The notes under the pieces are model-generated. The model ran no database searches. It saw nothing but the letters and a program-made list of their open reading frames with translations, and was not told the DNA's origin. The translations under genes were made by a program, and so were the position numbers. Shown here piece after piece: positions 35,791-44,862 of a stretch of 64,000 bases of DNA. This DNA is from an uncultured Candidatus Saccharibacteria bacterium (GTDB lineage: Bacteria; Patescibacteriota; Minisyncoccia; UBA6257; GWB1-50-10): contig CAYHGT010000003.1 in NCBI GenBank assembly GCA_964356375.1, positions 554 through 64,553 on the forward strand, read 5' to 3'. Position 1 is the first letter of the stretch; each line of letters opens with the position of its first letter.

Positions 35791-37834
35791 TTTGAGCAAT
35801 TGCTTTAAGTGAGAGCGAGGTCTTTCCGTGTTCAGATCTCACAATCTTCGCGGTTACCACCTGTCCCATATGAACTACATCCTCAACTTTTTTCACAAAA
35901 CCTTCCTTTAGTTCAGATACATGAATCATGCCGTCTTGTCCGCCACCCAAATCAACAATGGCGCCGAATTCAAGAATTTTTATGATGGGACCCGTCACAA
36001 TATCACCCACGCTGTATTCGTGTGTAAGTGAGCGTACGATTTCCAACGCTTTGGTAACCATTGCAGAATCGGTTCCCGACACGAATACCGTGCCGTCCTC
36101 ATCAATATCAATTGAGATGTCACCACCGCAATCCTCAATAATTCCGTTAATCGTTTTTCCTCCAGGACCAATAACCAAACCAATCTGGTCCTGATGAATT
36201 GTGAGCTTCATAATTAATGGCGCGTACTTTGAAATTGTCTCGCGTGGCGCGGAAAGTGTCTTATTCATTACACCAAGAATTGTTGCGCGCGCTTTTTCTC
36301 CTGCTCGCAACGCCTCCACAAAAATTTCTTTTGTGATGCCACCAATCTTTACATCCATCTGAATTGCCGCGATGCCTTCGCTTGTGCCCGCAACTTTGAA
36401 ATCCATATCGCCATAGTGGTCCTCGGGACCCTGAATGTCTGTCAAAATTTTATATTCACCGTTCTCACCCGTCATAAGTCCGATTGCGATTCCCGCAACG
36501 GGTTTTTTAATCGGCACACCCGCATCCATAAGCGAGAGCGATGTCCCGCAAATCGTCGCCTGTGATGATGAGCCGTTTGAAGAAAGTGTTTCCGCAACCA
36601 CACGAATTGTGTAGGGAAATTTATCTTTGTCGGGAAGCACCTGCGCAATTGCTTTCTGCGCCAAGGCACCATGTCCAATCTCACGCCTTCCCGGTCCGCG
36701 TGAACGTCCCGTCTCGCCCGTTGAGAAGCTTGGGAAGTTGTAGTGAAGCATAAATCGCTTTTTTGTCGTACCCTCAATATTTTCCACAAGTTGTTCGTCT
36801 GCGGGTGAACCAAGCGTCGTGACAGCGAGCACCTGTGTATCTCCGCGCATAAATACTGCCGAGCCGTGGAGGCGCTCAAACATATGCACTTCTGCATACA
36901 AATCGCGCACCTCATCAAATCCGCGCCCATCAACGCGCTTACCGTCCTTCAATACATGGGTATGTACGAATTCATCAACAATCGTCTCAAATATATGCTC
37001 GCCGTGTTTCAATGCGGTTTCTGCTTGCTCTGTTGTTTTTAAGTATTCAAACAACGCATCTTTTACAGTTGAGAGCGTGTCATTCTTCAACGCCCCTTCC
37101 AATTTTCCATTCAAGAAACGCACAAAAAGTTCTTTTACTGCGGGAGCGGTTTCTGGCTCCATTACATTCTGTTTCTTTTTGCCGAGCTCCTTAATAATGT
37201 TTTGCTGGAACGTGATAAGTTTCTTTATCTCTTCATGTGTAGACACAAACACGTCCGTCGCAATTTTTTCTGAGATTTCTTTTCCTTCAAGTTCAATCAT
37301 ATTAATGAATGAGTCCATGCCCGCAAAAAATGCGGAATATGTCTTGCCGTCCGCGGCCTCCGTAATTCCTGCGCGCACACCAGCAACCGGACCCCCCCAT
37401 GGAATATCCGAAATGCCGAGCGCGAGCGATGCGCCAAGAAGCGCCACCACATCAGGGCTGTGAATTCCGTCGTATGAAATTATTGTGAGCACCACCTGCA
37501 CCTCTCGGCGCAAGCGTTGGTCAAAAAGCGGACGAATAGTTCTATCAATTAATCTTCCAGACAAGACCGCATTTTCTGTAGGTCGGTTTTCGCGACGCAC
37601 GAACCGGCTACCCAAAATCTTACCCGCTGCATAAAACCTTTCCTCGTAATCCACCGTAAGCGGGAAATAATCCAAATTTGTTTCCTTGTGTCCCATTACT
37701 ACCGCCACGAGGACGACCGTCTCGCCATGTTTTACCAAAAGCGCAGCGTTCGCCTGATGCGCGAGCTCCGAAACCTCCACCTCCAACTTTGCGTCCCCCA
37801 ACACCGTCTCAAACTTCTTTCTATTTAATGTCAT
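35783..37834 (-). CDS. pnp: Polyribonucleotide nucleotidyltransferase (PNPase)
   Basis: Two RNase PH domains, KH and S1 domains; 683 aa. Confidence 0.95.
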   Translation of the reverse strand: MTLNRKKFETVLGDAKLEVEVSELAHQANAALLVKHGETVVLVAVVMGHKETNLDYFPLTVDYEERFYAAGKILGSRFVRRENRPTENAVLSGRLIDRTIRPLFDQRLRREVQVVLTIISYDGIHSPDVVALLGASLALGISDIPWGGPVAGVRAGITEAADGKTYSAFFAGMDSFINMIELEGKEISEKIATDVFVSTHEEIKKLITFQQNIIKELGKKKQNVMEPETAPAVKELFVRFLNGKLEGALKNDTLSTVKDALFEYLKTTEQAETALKHGEHIFETIVDEFVHTHVLKDGKRVDGRGFDEVRDLYAEVHMFERLHGSAVFMRGDTQVLAVTTLGSPADEQLVENIEGTTKKRFMLHYNFPSFSTGETGRSRGPGRREIGHGALAQKAIAQVLPDKDKFPYTIRVVAETLSSNGSSSQATICGTSLSLMDAGVPIKKPVAGIAIGLMTGENGEYKILTDIQGPEDHYGDMDFKVAGTSEGIAAIQMDVKIGGITKEIFVEALRAGEKARATILGVMNKTLSAPRETISKYAPLIMKLTIHQDQIGLVIGPGGKTINGIIEDCGGDISIDIDEDGTVFVSGTDSAMVTKALEIVRSLTHEYSVGDIVTGPIIKILEFGAIVDLGGGQDGMIHVSELKEGFVKKVEDVVHMGQVVTAKIVRSEHGKTSLSLKAIAQKE

Positions 37835-38050
37835 TTTGTGTTGTGTCCCATTATGTCAAACGGGACTTGATTTATGTTTTTTTTCGCCTTTATTTGTTTG
37901 CTCATCCTAACCCGTATTTTGATTTTTTGCTAGTTGAGCGCCCTAAGGACGCGAAACCCCGCAGGAAGCGGGGCGGAAGTGAGCGGAGTCCCGCCGAGCG
38001 GCGTGAAGGAGCGCCTCTCAATAAAAAATCCCCGAATAATTCTCGGGGAC

Positions 38051-38377
38051 TCATTGTTTTTCGCGCTTTATGAATTTTGCTCGTTTGTAACCAAGACATG
38101 GGTCCCAGTAGGTGGTGATGCTACGCTCAAGCTCTCCAAGAAATTCTCGGTAGAGTTTTTCGTAGGGCATTCTTTTTGTGACGAAGGAATTTTTGCGCCA
38201 CCTGCTTAAGATGCTACGGATGGTCGCCTTATCAAGGCAGATAAGTCGGCACGCACCACAACCAAAAAGCGGAAGTTCGAGACGATATATTGAATATCGT
38301 ATGAATTGCGCCATAAATTTAATCGCTTTCATCTTGCATCGCGGACAATACAAATCATATTCGGCCATTGTCGGCAT
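38051..38377 (-). CDS. Hypothetical zinc-ribbon protein (CPRC ... CGAC)
   Basis: 108-aa ORF with CxxC-x23-CxxC; bidirectional terminator hairpin just downstream at about 38020-38050. Confidence 0.35.
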   Translation of the reverse strand: MPTMAEYDLYCPRCKMKAIKFMAQFIRYSIYRLELPLFGCGACRLICLDKATIRSILSRWRKNSFVTKRMPYEKLYREFLGELERSITTYWDPCLGYKRAKFIKREKQ

Positions 38378-38457
38378 ACGCGCCCTCCTTTCAATTTACT
38401 TCTTGCACGTTAGCACGATCTCTTTTATACTACAACCAGTAACTAAGAGGAGTCGAG

Positions 38458-38832
38458 ATGCCCGTCTATATATATGACAAGGATGCGTTTGAAAAAATGG
38501 TTCTTGTGGAAGGCGAGGAATACCGAAGGTGTAAATCAAAGAAAGTATTTGATAATTGTTCATTTGATGCATTTATTGAAGAGTGGCGAAGGACGCACAC
38601 GCGACCGCTCTGGTGGTATCGCTTGCGAAAATGGCTGGGTGTTCCGTATGACGGGCATTATTTATACCAGTATGGTAGCGTTCGTATGACAGGCACCGCA
38701 TCTATCTACGGTTCCGGCGGTTGGAATCGGTATGGAGTAGATGAAAACGGGGAGATTAGGTTTTTAAGATTTTTTGCTATTGAGAAAGACGAAAAGACGG
38801 CGCAAAAGATTGGCTTCCGACTTAATGGGTAA
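38458..38832 (+). CDS. Hypothetical protein (124 aa)
   Basis: ATG ORF followed by a strong terminator (gaaccgagcacgtagctcggtttttttt, 38840-38868); no recognised motif. Confidence 0.35.
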   Translation: MPVYIYDKDAFEKMVLVEGEEYRRCKSKKVFDNCSFDAFIEEWRRTHTRPLWWYRLRKWLGVPYDGHYLYQYGSVRMTGTASIYGSGGWNRYGVDENGEIRFLRFFAIEKDEKTAQKIGFRLNG

Positions 38833-38896
38833 TAACTGAACCGAGCACGTAGCTCGGTTTTTTTTGTAAACAAAAAACACTCGTAGTAGCGAGTGT

Positions 38897-39541
38897 TTAT
38901 CTGTTTCGTATACCCATCAGAATTTTTGGAATTTTCTCTATTTCTATAAACGGATCCGCAATCTCTTTCAACTTTCCCGATGATGTTTTTGAAAAGCCCG
39001 CAACCTCCACATGTTTTCCCAAACCAACCTTAAGATATTCCACGAGCGGAATATGGTCCCCGTCACCCGTCACAAGGATAACGGTATCAAGTGAACCAGA
39101 AAGCCGAATCGCATCAACTGCCATGCCGACATCCCAGTCCGCTTTCTTTGAGCCATCGGGGTAAATTTGTAAGTCCTTTGAGCGAAGTTCAAAACCGGTT
39201 TTGCGAAGCGCATCAAAAAATGATTCCTCGCCTGCCGCGGTGTCGCTCTTTACCACGTAGGCAATCGCCTGCACGAGCACGCGGTCTTTTACGAGTGAGT
39301 TCACGAGTTCCTGAAAATTAATGCGCGAATTAAAGAGATGTTTTGCGGAGTGATAAATGTTTTGAATGTCCAAAAAAATCCCAACGCGCTGATTTTTGTA
39401 CGCGCTTGGGATTTCTTTTTTTACTGTCGGTTGAGTTCTTGGTAAGGTTGCCCGTGGGCCCGCTCCAGTAGAGGTGGGGCCTGTAGCGGAGGTTGTCCTT
39501 GGGCTACGCCTCGATATCGAGTTTTTTGACCAACTTGTCAT
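38897..39541 (-). CDS. NYN-domain (LabA/PIN-like) protein
   Basis: GIFLDIQNIY...VILVTGDGDHIPLVEYLK core typical of LabA/NYN nucleases. The N-terminal 60 aa of the track ORF overlaps rpsO and is probably not translated, so the true start is likely internal or non-ATG. Confidence 0.6.
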   Translation of the reverse strand: MTSWSKNSISRRSPRTTSATGPTSTGAGPRATLPRTQPTVKKEIPSAYKNQRVGIFLDIQNIYHSAKHLFNSRINFQELVNSLVKDRVLVQAIAYVVKSDTAAGEESFFDALRKTGFELRSKDLQIYPDGSKKADWDVGMAVDAIRLSGSLDTVILVTGDGDHIPLVEYLKVGLGKHVEVAGFSKTSSGKLKEIADPFIEIEKIPKILMGIRNR

Positions 39542-39770
39542 ATTTCTTTTCGTCTTCGCGTTTCAAATACTGCAAGAACCTTCGGCGCTTTCCTACCATC
39601 ATAAGAAGTCCTCGGCGTGAGTGATGATCTTTTGCGTGTTTTTTCAAATGGTCGGCAAGCGACTTAATTTGCTTCGTCAAAAGACCTACTTGTACTTCGG
39701 CAGAGCCGGTATCGGTCGCGTGGGTCTGAAAATCTTTGACCACGGCCTGTTTCTTTCGCTTCGTAAGCAT
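39504..39770 (-). CDS. rpsO: 30S ribosomal protein S15
   Basis: MLTKRKKQAVVKDFQTHATDTGSAEVQVGLLT...HHSRRGLLMMVGKRRRFL matches S15. Start taken at the MLTKRKK methionine rather than the longer track ORF. Confidence 0.9.
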   Translation of the reverse strand: MLTKRKKQAVVKDFQTHATDTGSAEVQVGLLTKQIKSLADHLKKHAKDHHSRRGLLMMVGKRRRFLQYLKREDEKKYDKLVKKLDIEA

Positions 39771-39868
39771 GTGGGTAATCTTACTATGAATCGCTAGAAT
39801 TGTCAAAAACATGAGCAATAATCACGTATTCACCTGTCGCACAATATTTTCATGCTACAATTGGGGTA

Positions 39869-40765
39869 ATGACCGATGTTGAGAAGTATTTTCACGAATA
39901 TCTGGATTATTTAGAGATTGAGAAGAATCGCTCGCTTAAAACGCGCGAGAACTACGCGCACTATTTGGAGGTTTTTCTAAAAGAAACGGGTGTGAAAAAA
40001 CCGAGCGATATCACGGACGCGGTGGTTCGTTCGTTCCGTATTACGCTCGCCCGACGCGAGATGAAAAAAATTACACAGAACTATTACGTAATCGCCCTCC
40101 GCAATTTTTTGAAATATTTAGTGCGACGCAGGATAAGGTCCTTGGCACCCGAGACCATAGAACTTCCGAAGGTTGCGCGTCGCGATATTGAGGTGCTGGA
40201 CTATAAGGAGCTTGAGCGCTTACTCGTGGCTCCCAAGGGCGACTCGCTTCGCGTGCTCCGCGACAGGGCTATACTTGAAGTTTTATTTTCCACGGGCCTC
40301 CGCGTTTCGGAAATCTGTAAACTTCCCCGCTATCTTGATTTAGCGCGCGGAGAAATGTCTGTGCGCGGGAAGGGTGAGAAGATTCGCGTGGTTTTCTTAT
40401 CCGATAGTTCAAAAACAGCCATAAAAGAATATTTAAAAAAACGGACCGATGCGGACGAGGCGCTTTTCATCGGTGTCGCAAAAAGCGGAAAACCGCTGGG
40501 AAAAATAGATTCACGCACAATTCAGCGTCTCGTAGATTCCTACGCACGAAAAGCAGGTATCGCAAAGCGCGTGCATCCCCACGAACTGCGCCACTCGTTT
40601 GCGACCGACCTCTTAATAAATGGTGCCGACCTCCGTTCTGTCCAAGAGCTTTTGGGCCACGCAAATATTTCTACCACGCAGGTTTACACGCATCTTACAA
40701 ATAAAGAGCTTCATGAGGTTCATGAAGCGTTCCACGGAAGGCGCAGGAAAAAAGATGACGAATAA
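39869..40765 (+). CDS. xerC: Tyrosine site-specific recombinase XerC/XerD family
   Basis: R...HxxR...Y catalytic pattern (HELRHSFATDLL, LLGHANISTTQVYTHL); 298 aa. Confidence 0.88.
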   Translation: MTDVEKYFHEYLDYLEIEKNRSLKTRENYAHYLEVFLKETGVKKPSDITDAVVRSFRITLARREMKKITQNYYVIALRNFLKYLVRRRIRSLAPETIELPKVARRDIEVLDYKELERLLVAPKGDSLRVLRDRAILEVLFSTGLRVSEICKLPRYLDLARGEMSVRGKGEKIRVVFLSDSSKTAIKEYLKKRTDADEALFIGVAKSGKPLGKIDSRTIQRLVDSYARKAGIAKRVHPHELRHSFATDLLINGADLRSVQELLGHANISTTQVYTHLTNKELHEVHEAFHGRRRKKDDE

Positions 40766-40852
40766 TTTTCCCCTTCTTTTTTTTCACCGCTTACATTGCG
40801 CGAAACATTGATTAATCTACCCTTGTGTAATGGGTAGATTAATCAAACGTAA

Positions 40853-41296
40853 TTAATCGGCTGTATGGGTGTGGAGGGTTGCAATTAGTTTACGCACAAG
40901 CCCTTCAATTTCGTTATATTTGGCGGTCATATTTTCAAGTGTAGTATCGCCTCCGTCCTTTACATCCCACCAGATTACCCGTGTATCATTTTTTAAGAAG
41001 TCGGGAATGTATGGTTCCTCAGCCATTGAGACAACCACATCGTATTGGTTAAGCATTTTGGGTAATAATTTTTTTGTACGATTATCGCGTATATTCAATC
41101 CGTGAGCCTCCAGAACAGTAAAAAAGAACGACGTGTCGTTGAATAAATTGGATAAGACCTGTCCTTCAGGCTCATCTTTTGTGCCCACGAACGTACCTAC
41201 GGACGATGCGTCATGGCTGTGCGTCAACTGATTATAAATCGCCTCCGCTATTTGGCTTCGATACCAATTTCCTTTGCAAATAAATAAAACTTTCAT
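40853..41296 (-). CDS. Low-molecular-weight protein-tyrosine phosphatase / ArsC-family protein
   Basis: N-terminal CX5R P-loop VLFICKGNWYRSQIAEAI. Confidence 0.7.
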   Translation of the reverse strand: MKVLFICKGNWYRSQIAEAIYNQLTHSHDASSVGTFVGTKDEPEGQVLSNLFNDTSFFFTVLEAHGLNIRDNRTKKLLPKMLNQYDVVVSMAEEPYIPDFLKNDTRVIWWDVKDGGDTTLENMTAKYNEIEGLVRKLIATLHTHTAD

Positions 41297-41462
41297 AAAT
41301 TATTTCGCTTTGTTTACGCCGAGCTTGTCGAGGCGTGCTCCCGAGAGGGAGTTGAACTACATTCGGTCTGCTGACCTCAGTACTTCCTCGCTCGCGCTCG
41401 GTCGTCGCTCCGGTGTTCCAATCCTCTCGGAAAAACAAATTCGTTTGAATTTGTTTTTCATG

Positions 41463-41544
41463 TGCTCCCGAGAGGATTTGAACCTCTAACCCTTGCGGGA
41501 CAGCGTCCTAAGCGCTGCGCGTATGCCAGTTCCGCCACGGGAGC
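41463..41544 (-). tRNA. tRNA-Leu (anticodon UAG), class II with long variable arm
   Basis: Hand-folded cloverleaf: acceptor GCTCCCG/CGGGAGC, anticodon loop CTTAGGA, variable arm TCCCGCAAGGGTT, T-loop TTCAAAT. No encoded CCA. Confidence 0.75.
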
Positions 41545-41728
41545 ATACTACAAAAATCCGAATCACTTCGAAAAATTATACGCCAATTTTGCATTTTTTC
41601 CACACATCGCACCCATTTGCTTTTCATCTATTCCTTCAGCTCCGCCTAACCCCCTATCCCCACCCAAAATAACCAAAAACCTCCGAAACATGAAAGTTCG
41701 GAGGTTTTTATTTTAAGAGAGCGATGCG

Positions 41729-42085
41729 TTAGAGCGCGCCACCACCTGCGGGGGCAGTGAGTGTCACACCCAAGAAGCTCCTGACAATCTCCGGAATTGC
41801 AAACGCCAAGAGGCCAACCGCGATACCGACAATTGCGTAGGTAAGCATATGCTTTGCCTCATCAATTTTTGCAGTGTCACCTCCCGCGGTTAAATATTTG
41901 AATCCAGCCATAAGGATAAATATTGTTGCCACGAGGAAGAAGATAGCCATGACCCACTGCATAAAAAGCGTAACTTTTTGCCAAATGCCAGCAAGATCGG
42001 TCGGCGCGTTGCCTACAACAGCAGCAGACGCAAGCATGGGAATTAACACAAGTCCGATTATTGCGTATTTCGTAAGGTTTTTCAT
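41729..42085 (-). CDS. VirB2/TrbC-like pilin (paralog 1)
   Basis: Signal peptide followed by two hydrophobic helices separated by a short G..D.AK loop (FILMAGFKYLTAGGDTAKIDEAKHMLTYAIVGIAVGLL); 118 aa. Confidence 0.55.
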   Translation of the reverse strand: MKNLTKYAIIGLVLIPMLASAAVVGNAPTDLAGIWQKVTLFMQWVMAIFFLVATIFILMAGFKYLTAGGDTAKIDEAKHMLTYAIVGIAVGLLAFAIPEIVRSFLGVTLTAPAGGGAL

Positions 42086-42127
42086 AAGATAATTATTGAA
42101 TAAATAAAAGTATCAAACATCCGACCT

Positions 42128-42532
42128 TTACTGACTAAGGAAATTCGTAATAATCAGTCCGATTCCTTTAGCAAGTAAAAGTATAGCATACCCCACAACC
42201 GTCCACAATAATGCGCTCCTCGCCGTGGTGAGTTTTTCTGGCTCTCCCGCAGACGTCATAAAGAGATATGCCGCCCAGATAACCATCGCGGCTGCAACGG
42301 GTGTTGCAAACACAATAAGTCCATCAATAATTTTTCCAATGAGGTCGTTTATGTTGCTCACGCCAAGTGGATTCGGCAGGGTGACCGATGTGACCGCACC
42401 CACTGGCAATGTTTGTGCGCTTGCATGTACCGCAACGAAAAGCATCGCTAGCATAAGCACAAAGAAGATTTTTTTTGTATTATTTTTCATCCCATTAGAA
42501 GTATAAGTTTTCATCCCGTTAAAGTTTTTCAT
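42128..42532 (-). CDS. VirB2/TrbC-like pilin (paralog 2)
   Basis: Same architecture (MVIWAAYLFMTSAGEPEKLTTARSALLWTVVGYAILLL). N-terminus MKNFNGMKTYTSNGMKNN has two ATGs, each formed by a CATCCC(A/G)TTA(G/A)A element terminus. Confidence 0.55.
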   Translation of the reverse strand: MKNFNGMKTYTSNGMKNNTKKIFFVLMLAMLFVAVHASAQTLPVGAVTSVTLPNPLGVSNINDLIGKIIDGLIVFATPVAAAMVIWAAYLFMTSAGEPEKLTTARSALLWTVVGYAILLLAKGIGLIITNFLSQ

Positions 42533-42586
42533 ATGTTGATAATTTGTTTTCTACTATTGTTTATTTTTACTATAATTTTCATTATA

Positions 42587-42676
42587 CAAGTTTGTCTTCC
42601 TTCGGTAGATGTCTCATACCTTTGGTAGATCTACCGTAGGTATGACCGTAGGGACATAAAACTCTAACGGGACTTC
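42587..42676. repeat. Roughly 90-bp direct repeat copy 1 (...tttgtcttccttcggtagatgtctcatacctttggtagatctaccgtaggtatgaccgtagggacataaaactctaacgggactt)
   Basis: Near-identical copy at 43180-43269. Ends with the CTCTAACGGGA mini-element terminus; contains the GGTAGATCTACC palindrome. Confidence 0.7.
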
Positions 42677-42682
42677 GTTTTT

Positions 42683-43144
42683 TTATGTACACGTAATAGT
42701 TGCCCACGGGGCCGACACGCCCGATTGCACGAATACAGAGAGTACAGTATTCACGATTGTCCACGCGGCAACTGCAATCGCAATGCCTATAATAGCACTT
42801 GTCATAATACTCTTTGCATCAGTTAGGGTTTTCTCATTTCCTCCCGCAGCCATCATACGAATTGCACCCCACGCAATCATACCCGTTCCGATGGAGAAAG
42901 CGAGCTGAAATCCGAATGTAATGATGTTGCGCATTACAATCATTGCATCACATAAACTACACGGACCAATTGGTCCGCCGTCTGGACCAATTGCATCACC
43001 ACTACACTTGGCGCCTTCCCAAATATTTATTGCCTGCGCCTGATGCATTGGCACAAAAAGCGCGAGACCTATAAAGATAAGAAGCGAGAGCGCGACGATT
43101 TGTTTCGTCCCGTTAAAGTTTTTATAAATTAGTTTTTTTATCAT
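42683..43144 (-). CDS. VirB2/TrbC-like pilin (paralog 3)
   Basis: Same architecture (MIAWGAIRMMAAGGNEKTLTDAKSIMTSAIIGIAIAVAA) plus a Cys-rich insert. N-terminus ...KNFNGTKQ retains the element-derived motif with ATG changed to ACG. Confidence 0.55.
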   Translation of the reverse strand: MIKKLIYKNFNGTKQIVALSLLIFIGLALFVPMHQAQAINIWEGAKCSGDAIGPDGGPIGPCSLCDAMIVMRNIITFGFQLAFSIGTGMIAWGAIRMMAAGGNEKTLTDAKSIMTSAIIGIAIAVAAWTIVNTVLSVFVQSGVSAPWATITCT

Positions 43145-43179
43145 TGATGATTTCTTATTTTTCTACGATTTCCGCCCTA

Positions 43180-43269
43180 CAAATTTGTCTTCCTTCGGTA
43201 GATGTCTCATACCTTTGGTAGATCTACCGTAGGTATGACCGTAGGGACATAAAACTCTAACGGGACTTA
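43180..43269. repeat. Roughly 90-bp direct repeat copy 2
   Basis: See copy 1 (42587-42676). Confidence 0.7.
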
Positions 43270-43277
43270 TGCCTTTA

Positions 43278-44597
43278 TTATAAACTTTTTTGTCTAAAGA
43301 TGTCATTTACCTCGCTTACCGCCTGCTGGGCTGATTCATAGACGGAAAGTTTTTTGGAAACCGCATTGTCTATCATACGCGAAAAAATATCTCGTACGGT
43401 TCTATCGTCTGGCTTCGGCCACGAGCGCGCAATGAGCGCGGAACGCGCGAAGACGCTCATCACGGGGTCATTCAAATTTTGGTTGATGAGCGAGAGAAGC
43501 GCGGGTGGCGTGTTCATTACCCCGAGATACATATTGGCAATCGTTAGATTTGTGGTGAGCGCTAAGATGAGTTTTTTTGCCGCGTCATTTTGTTTCGTCT
43601 GTATGGAAACCGCGAGACCGTAGTAGAATGGATGAGTAACGGCGAATTTTTTGGCTAATGTTTCTGGTTGCGGCATCGCCGTCACACCGAAATTCAAAAA
43701 CGAATTTTTTGTACGAATCGCATTTACGTCCGAAAGATAGCCGAAAATCATTGCAACTTTTTCCTGGCTAAATGCATCAATAGAATATTGCATCGCATCA
43801 TTCCAGGAGTAGGTGCTATTTGTTGAATCTCCAAACTGTGTATAGAATGCAAGCGCGTTTCTTCCTTCTTCGGACGAGAATAGGGCACCAGAAAATCCAG
43901 GATCTACCATCTTAGTACCTGTCTGGAGCATAAGTGTGCCAAGTATATCGGATGCATTTTTCACATTTTTTTCTGAACCACCAAGCGTGCTCGCTGCAAT
44001 AAGAACCGTGCTTGTGCTCGTCTTATTTTTTACATCTCTCTTCACGAGTTTGGGCGTAATATTTTTAAACTCCTCCCATGTAGTAGGTGGAAATGGAATG
44101 CTAGCGGCATTCAGCATGTCTTTGTTATAGATGAGTACAAGCGTATCAATAGAGAGTGGAAGCGCATATACCTGCTCTTTCTGCACAAATGTCTGTGTGA
44201 CGGTCTGTGGGAAAAGCTGGTCAACTTGTGCCAAGGAGATTGCGCTAGCCGAAAAAGGTATTATTTTATTCGCGAAGCGCGGAAAGCTTTCATTCGCGAC
44301 CATAAAGATGTCCGGACTATTTCCAGAGGCAAATGCTTCAAGGAGTTTTGATTCATAATCTTCTTGCGTATCAAACCCGCGATACGCCATTTGGATATTT
44401 GGATACGTTTTTTTAAATTCAGCGAGCGCATCGCTCCATTGTCCTATGTCGCGTCCCACGCCCCACATTTTAAGATTTGCCTGAATAGCGGTTAGTTCCG
44501 CTTTTTGGAATCCAGGGAGCATGCCGAAAGCCATAAGAATAAAAACAAGCACCAAAAAGCCGCCAACGCCGATAATAATTAATTGGTTCCGAGTCAT
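43278..44597 (-). CDS. ABC-transporter extracellular solute-binding protein (family 1-like)
   Basis: N-terminal TM/signal anchor; about 410-aa periplasmic-binding-protein-like region. Its ATG start codon is formed by the terminal CAT of a mini-element end (CATCCTGTTAGAAG). Confidence 0.6.
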   Translation of the reverse strand: MTRNQLIIIGVGGFLVLVFILMAFGMLPGFQKAELTAIQANLKMWGVGRDIGQWSDALAEFKKTYPNIQMAYRGFDTQEDYESKLLEAFASGNSPDIFMVANESFPRFANKIIPFSASAISLAQVDQLFPQTVTQTFVQKEQVYALPLSIDTLVLIYNKDMLNAASIPFPPTTWEEFKNITPKLVKRDVKNKTSTSTVLIAASTLGGSEKNVKNASDILGTLMLQTGTKMVDPGFSGALFSSEEGRNALAFYTQFGDSTNSTYSWNDAMQYSIDAFSQEKVAMIFGYLSDVNAIRTKNSFLNFGVTAMPQPETLAKKFAVTHPFYYGLAVSIQTKQNDAAKKLILALTTNLTIANMYLGVMNTPPALLSLINQNLNDPVMSVFARSALIARSWPKPDDRTVRDIFSRMIDNAVSKKLSVYESAQQAVSEVNDIFRQKSL

Positions 44598-44697
44598 CCT
44601 GTTAGAAGTATAAGTTTAATTTATTTTCGACTGATTTGTGCTGTGTGTGTTCTTGCGTTTTATTCATATTTCTCGTTTTGAGACCTCTAACGGGACG
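44595..44697. repeat. Inverted-repeat mini-element copy D (CATCCTGTTAGAAG ... CCTCTAACGGGACG)
   Basis: Terminal inverted repeats; interior start (TATAAGTTT) shared with the copy at 42488. Confidence 0.5.
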
Positions 44698-44780
44698 GGT
44701 CTCATTTATTATAACAGGGAATGGGGGTAGGGCATAGGGGTTGAGTGGGGCTTAGGGAAAAGGGCTTAGGGGTTAGAAAG

Positions 44781-44805
44781 AAAAAAACCGCATACGCGGT
44801 TTTTG
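44781..44805. terminator. Bidirectional intrinsic terminator (aaaaaaaccgcatacgcggttttt) embedded in a G-arm/C-arm composite repeat
   Basis: Near-identical to the hairpin at 35714-35738; between the solute-binding protein region and the gyrA 3' end. Confidence 0.6.
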
Positions 44806-44862
44806 TCTACGCTTATTTTGCCACACAGCTACTTTTTTTCCCTAAACCCTTACCCCTATTCC

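Noticed and set aside
37835-41545. Integrated genomic island at tRNA-Leu (tyrosine recombinase + tRNA + hypothetical genes + NYN protein)
   Set aside because: The segment contains core genes (rpsO, and a XerC/D-type recombinase that is normally the chromosomal dimer resolvase). The only tRNA-end repeat is 105 bp from the tRNA, so no island boundaries can be drawn. Reported only as a possible scar.
42470-43280. Possible CRISPR array suggested by repeated about 90-bp and about 14-bp units between the pilin genes
   Set aside because: Only two long direct repeats with a gene between them. The units are not regularly spaced 28-37-bp repeats with unique spacers, and no cas genes are in the window. 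These are mini-element/MITE-type repeats, not CRISPR.
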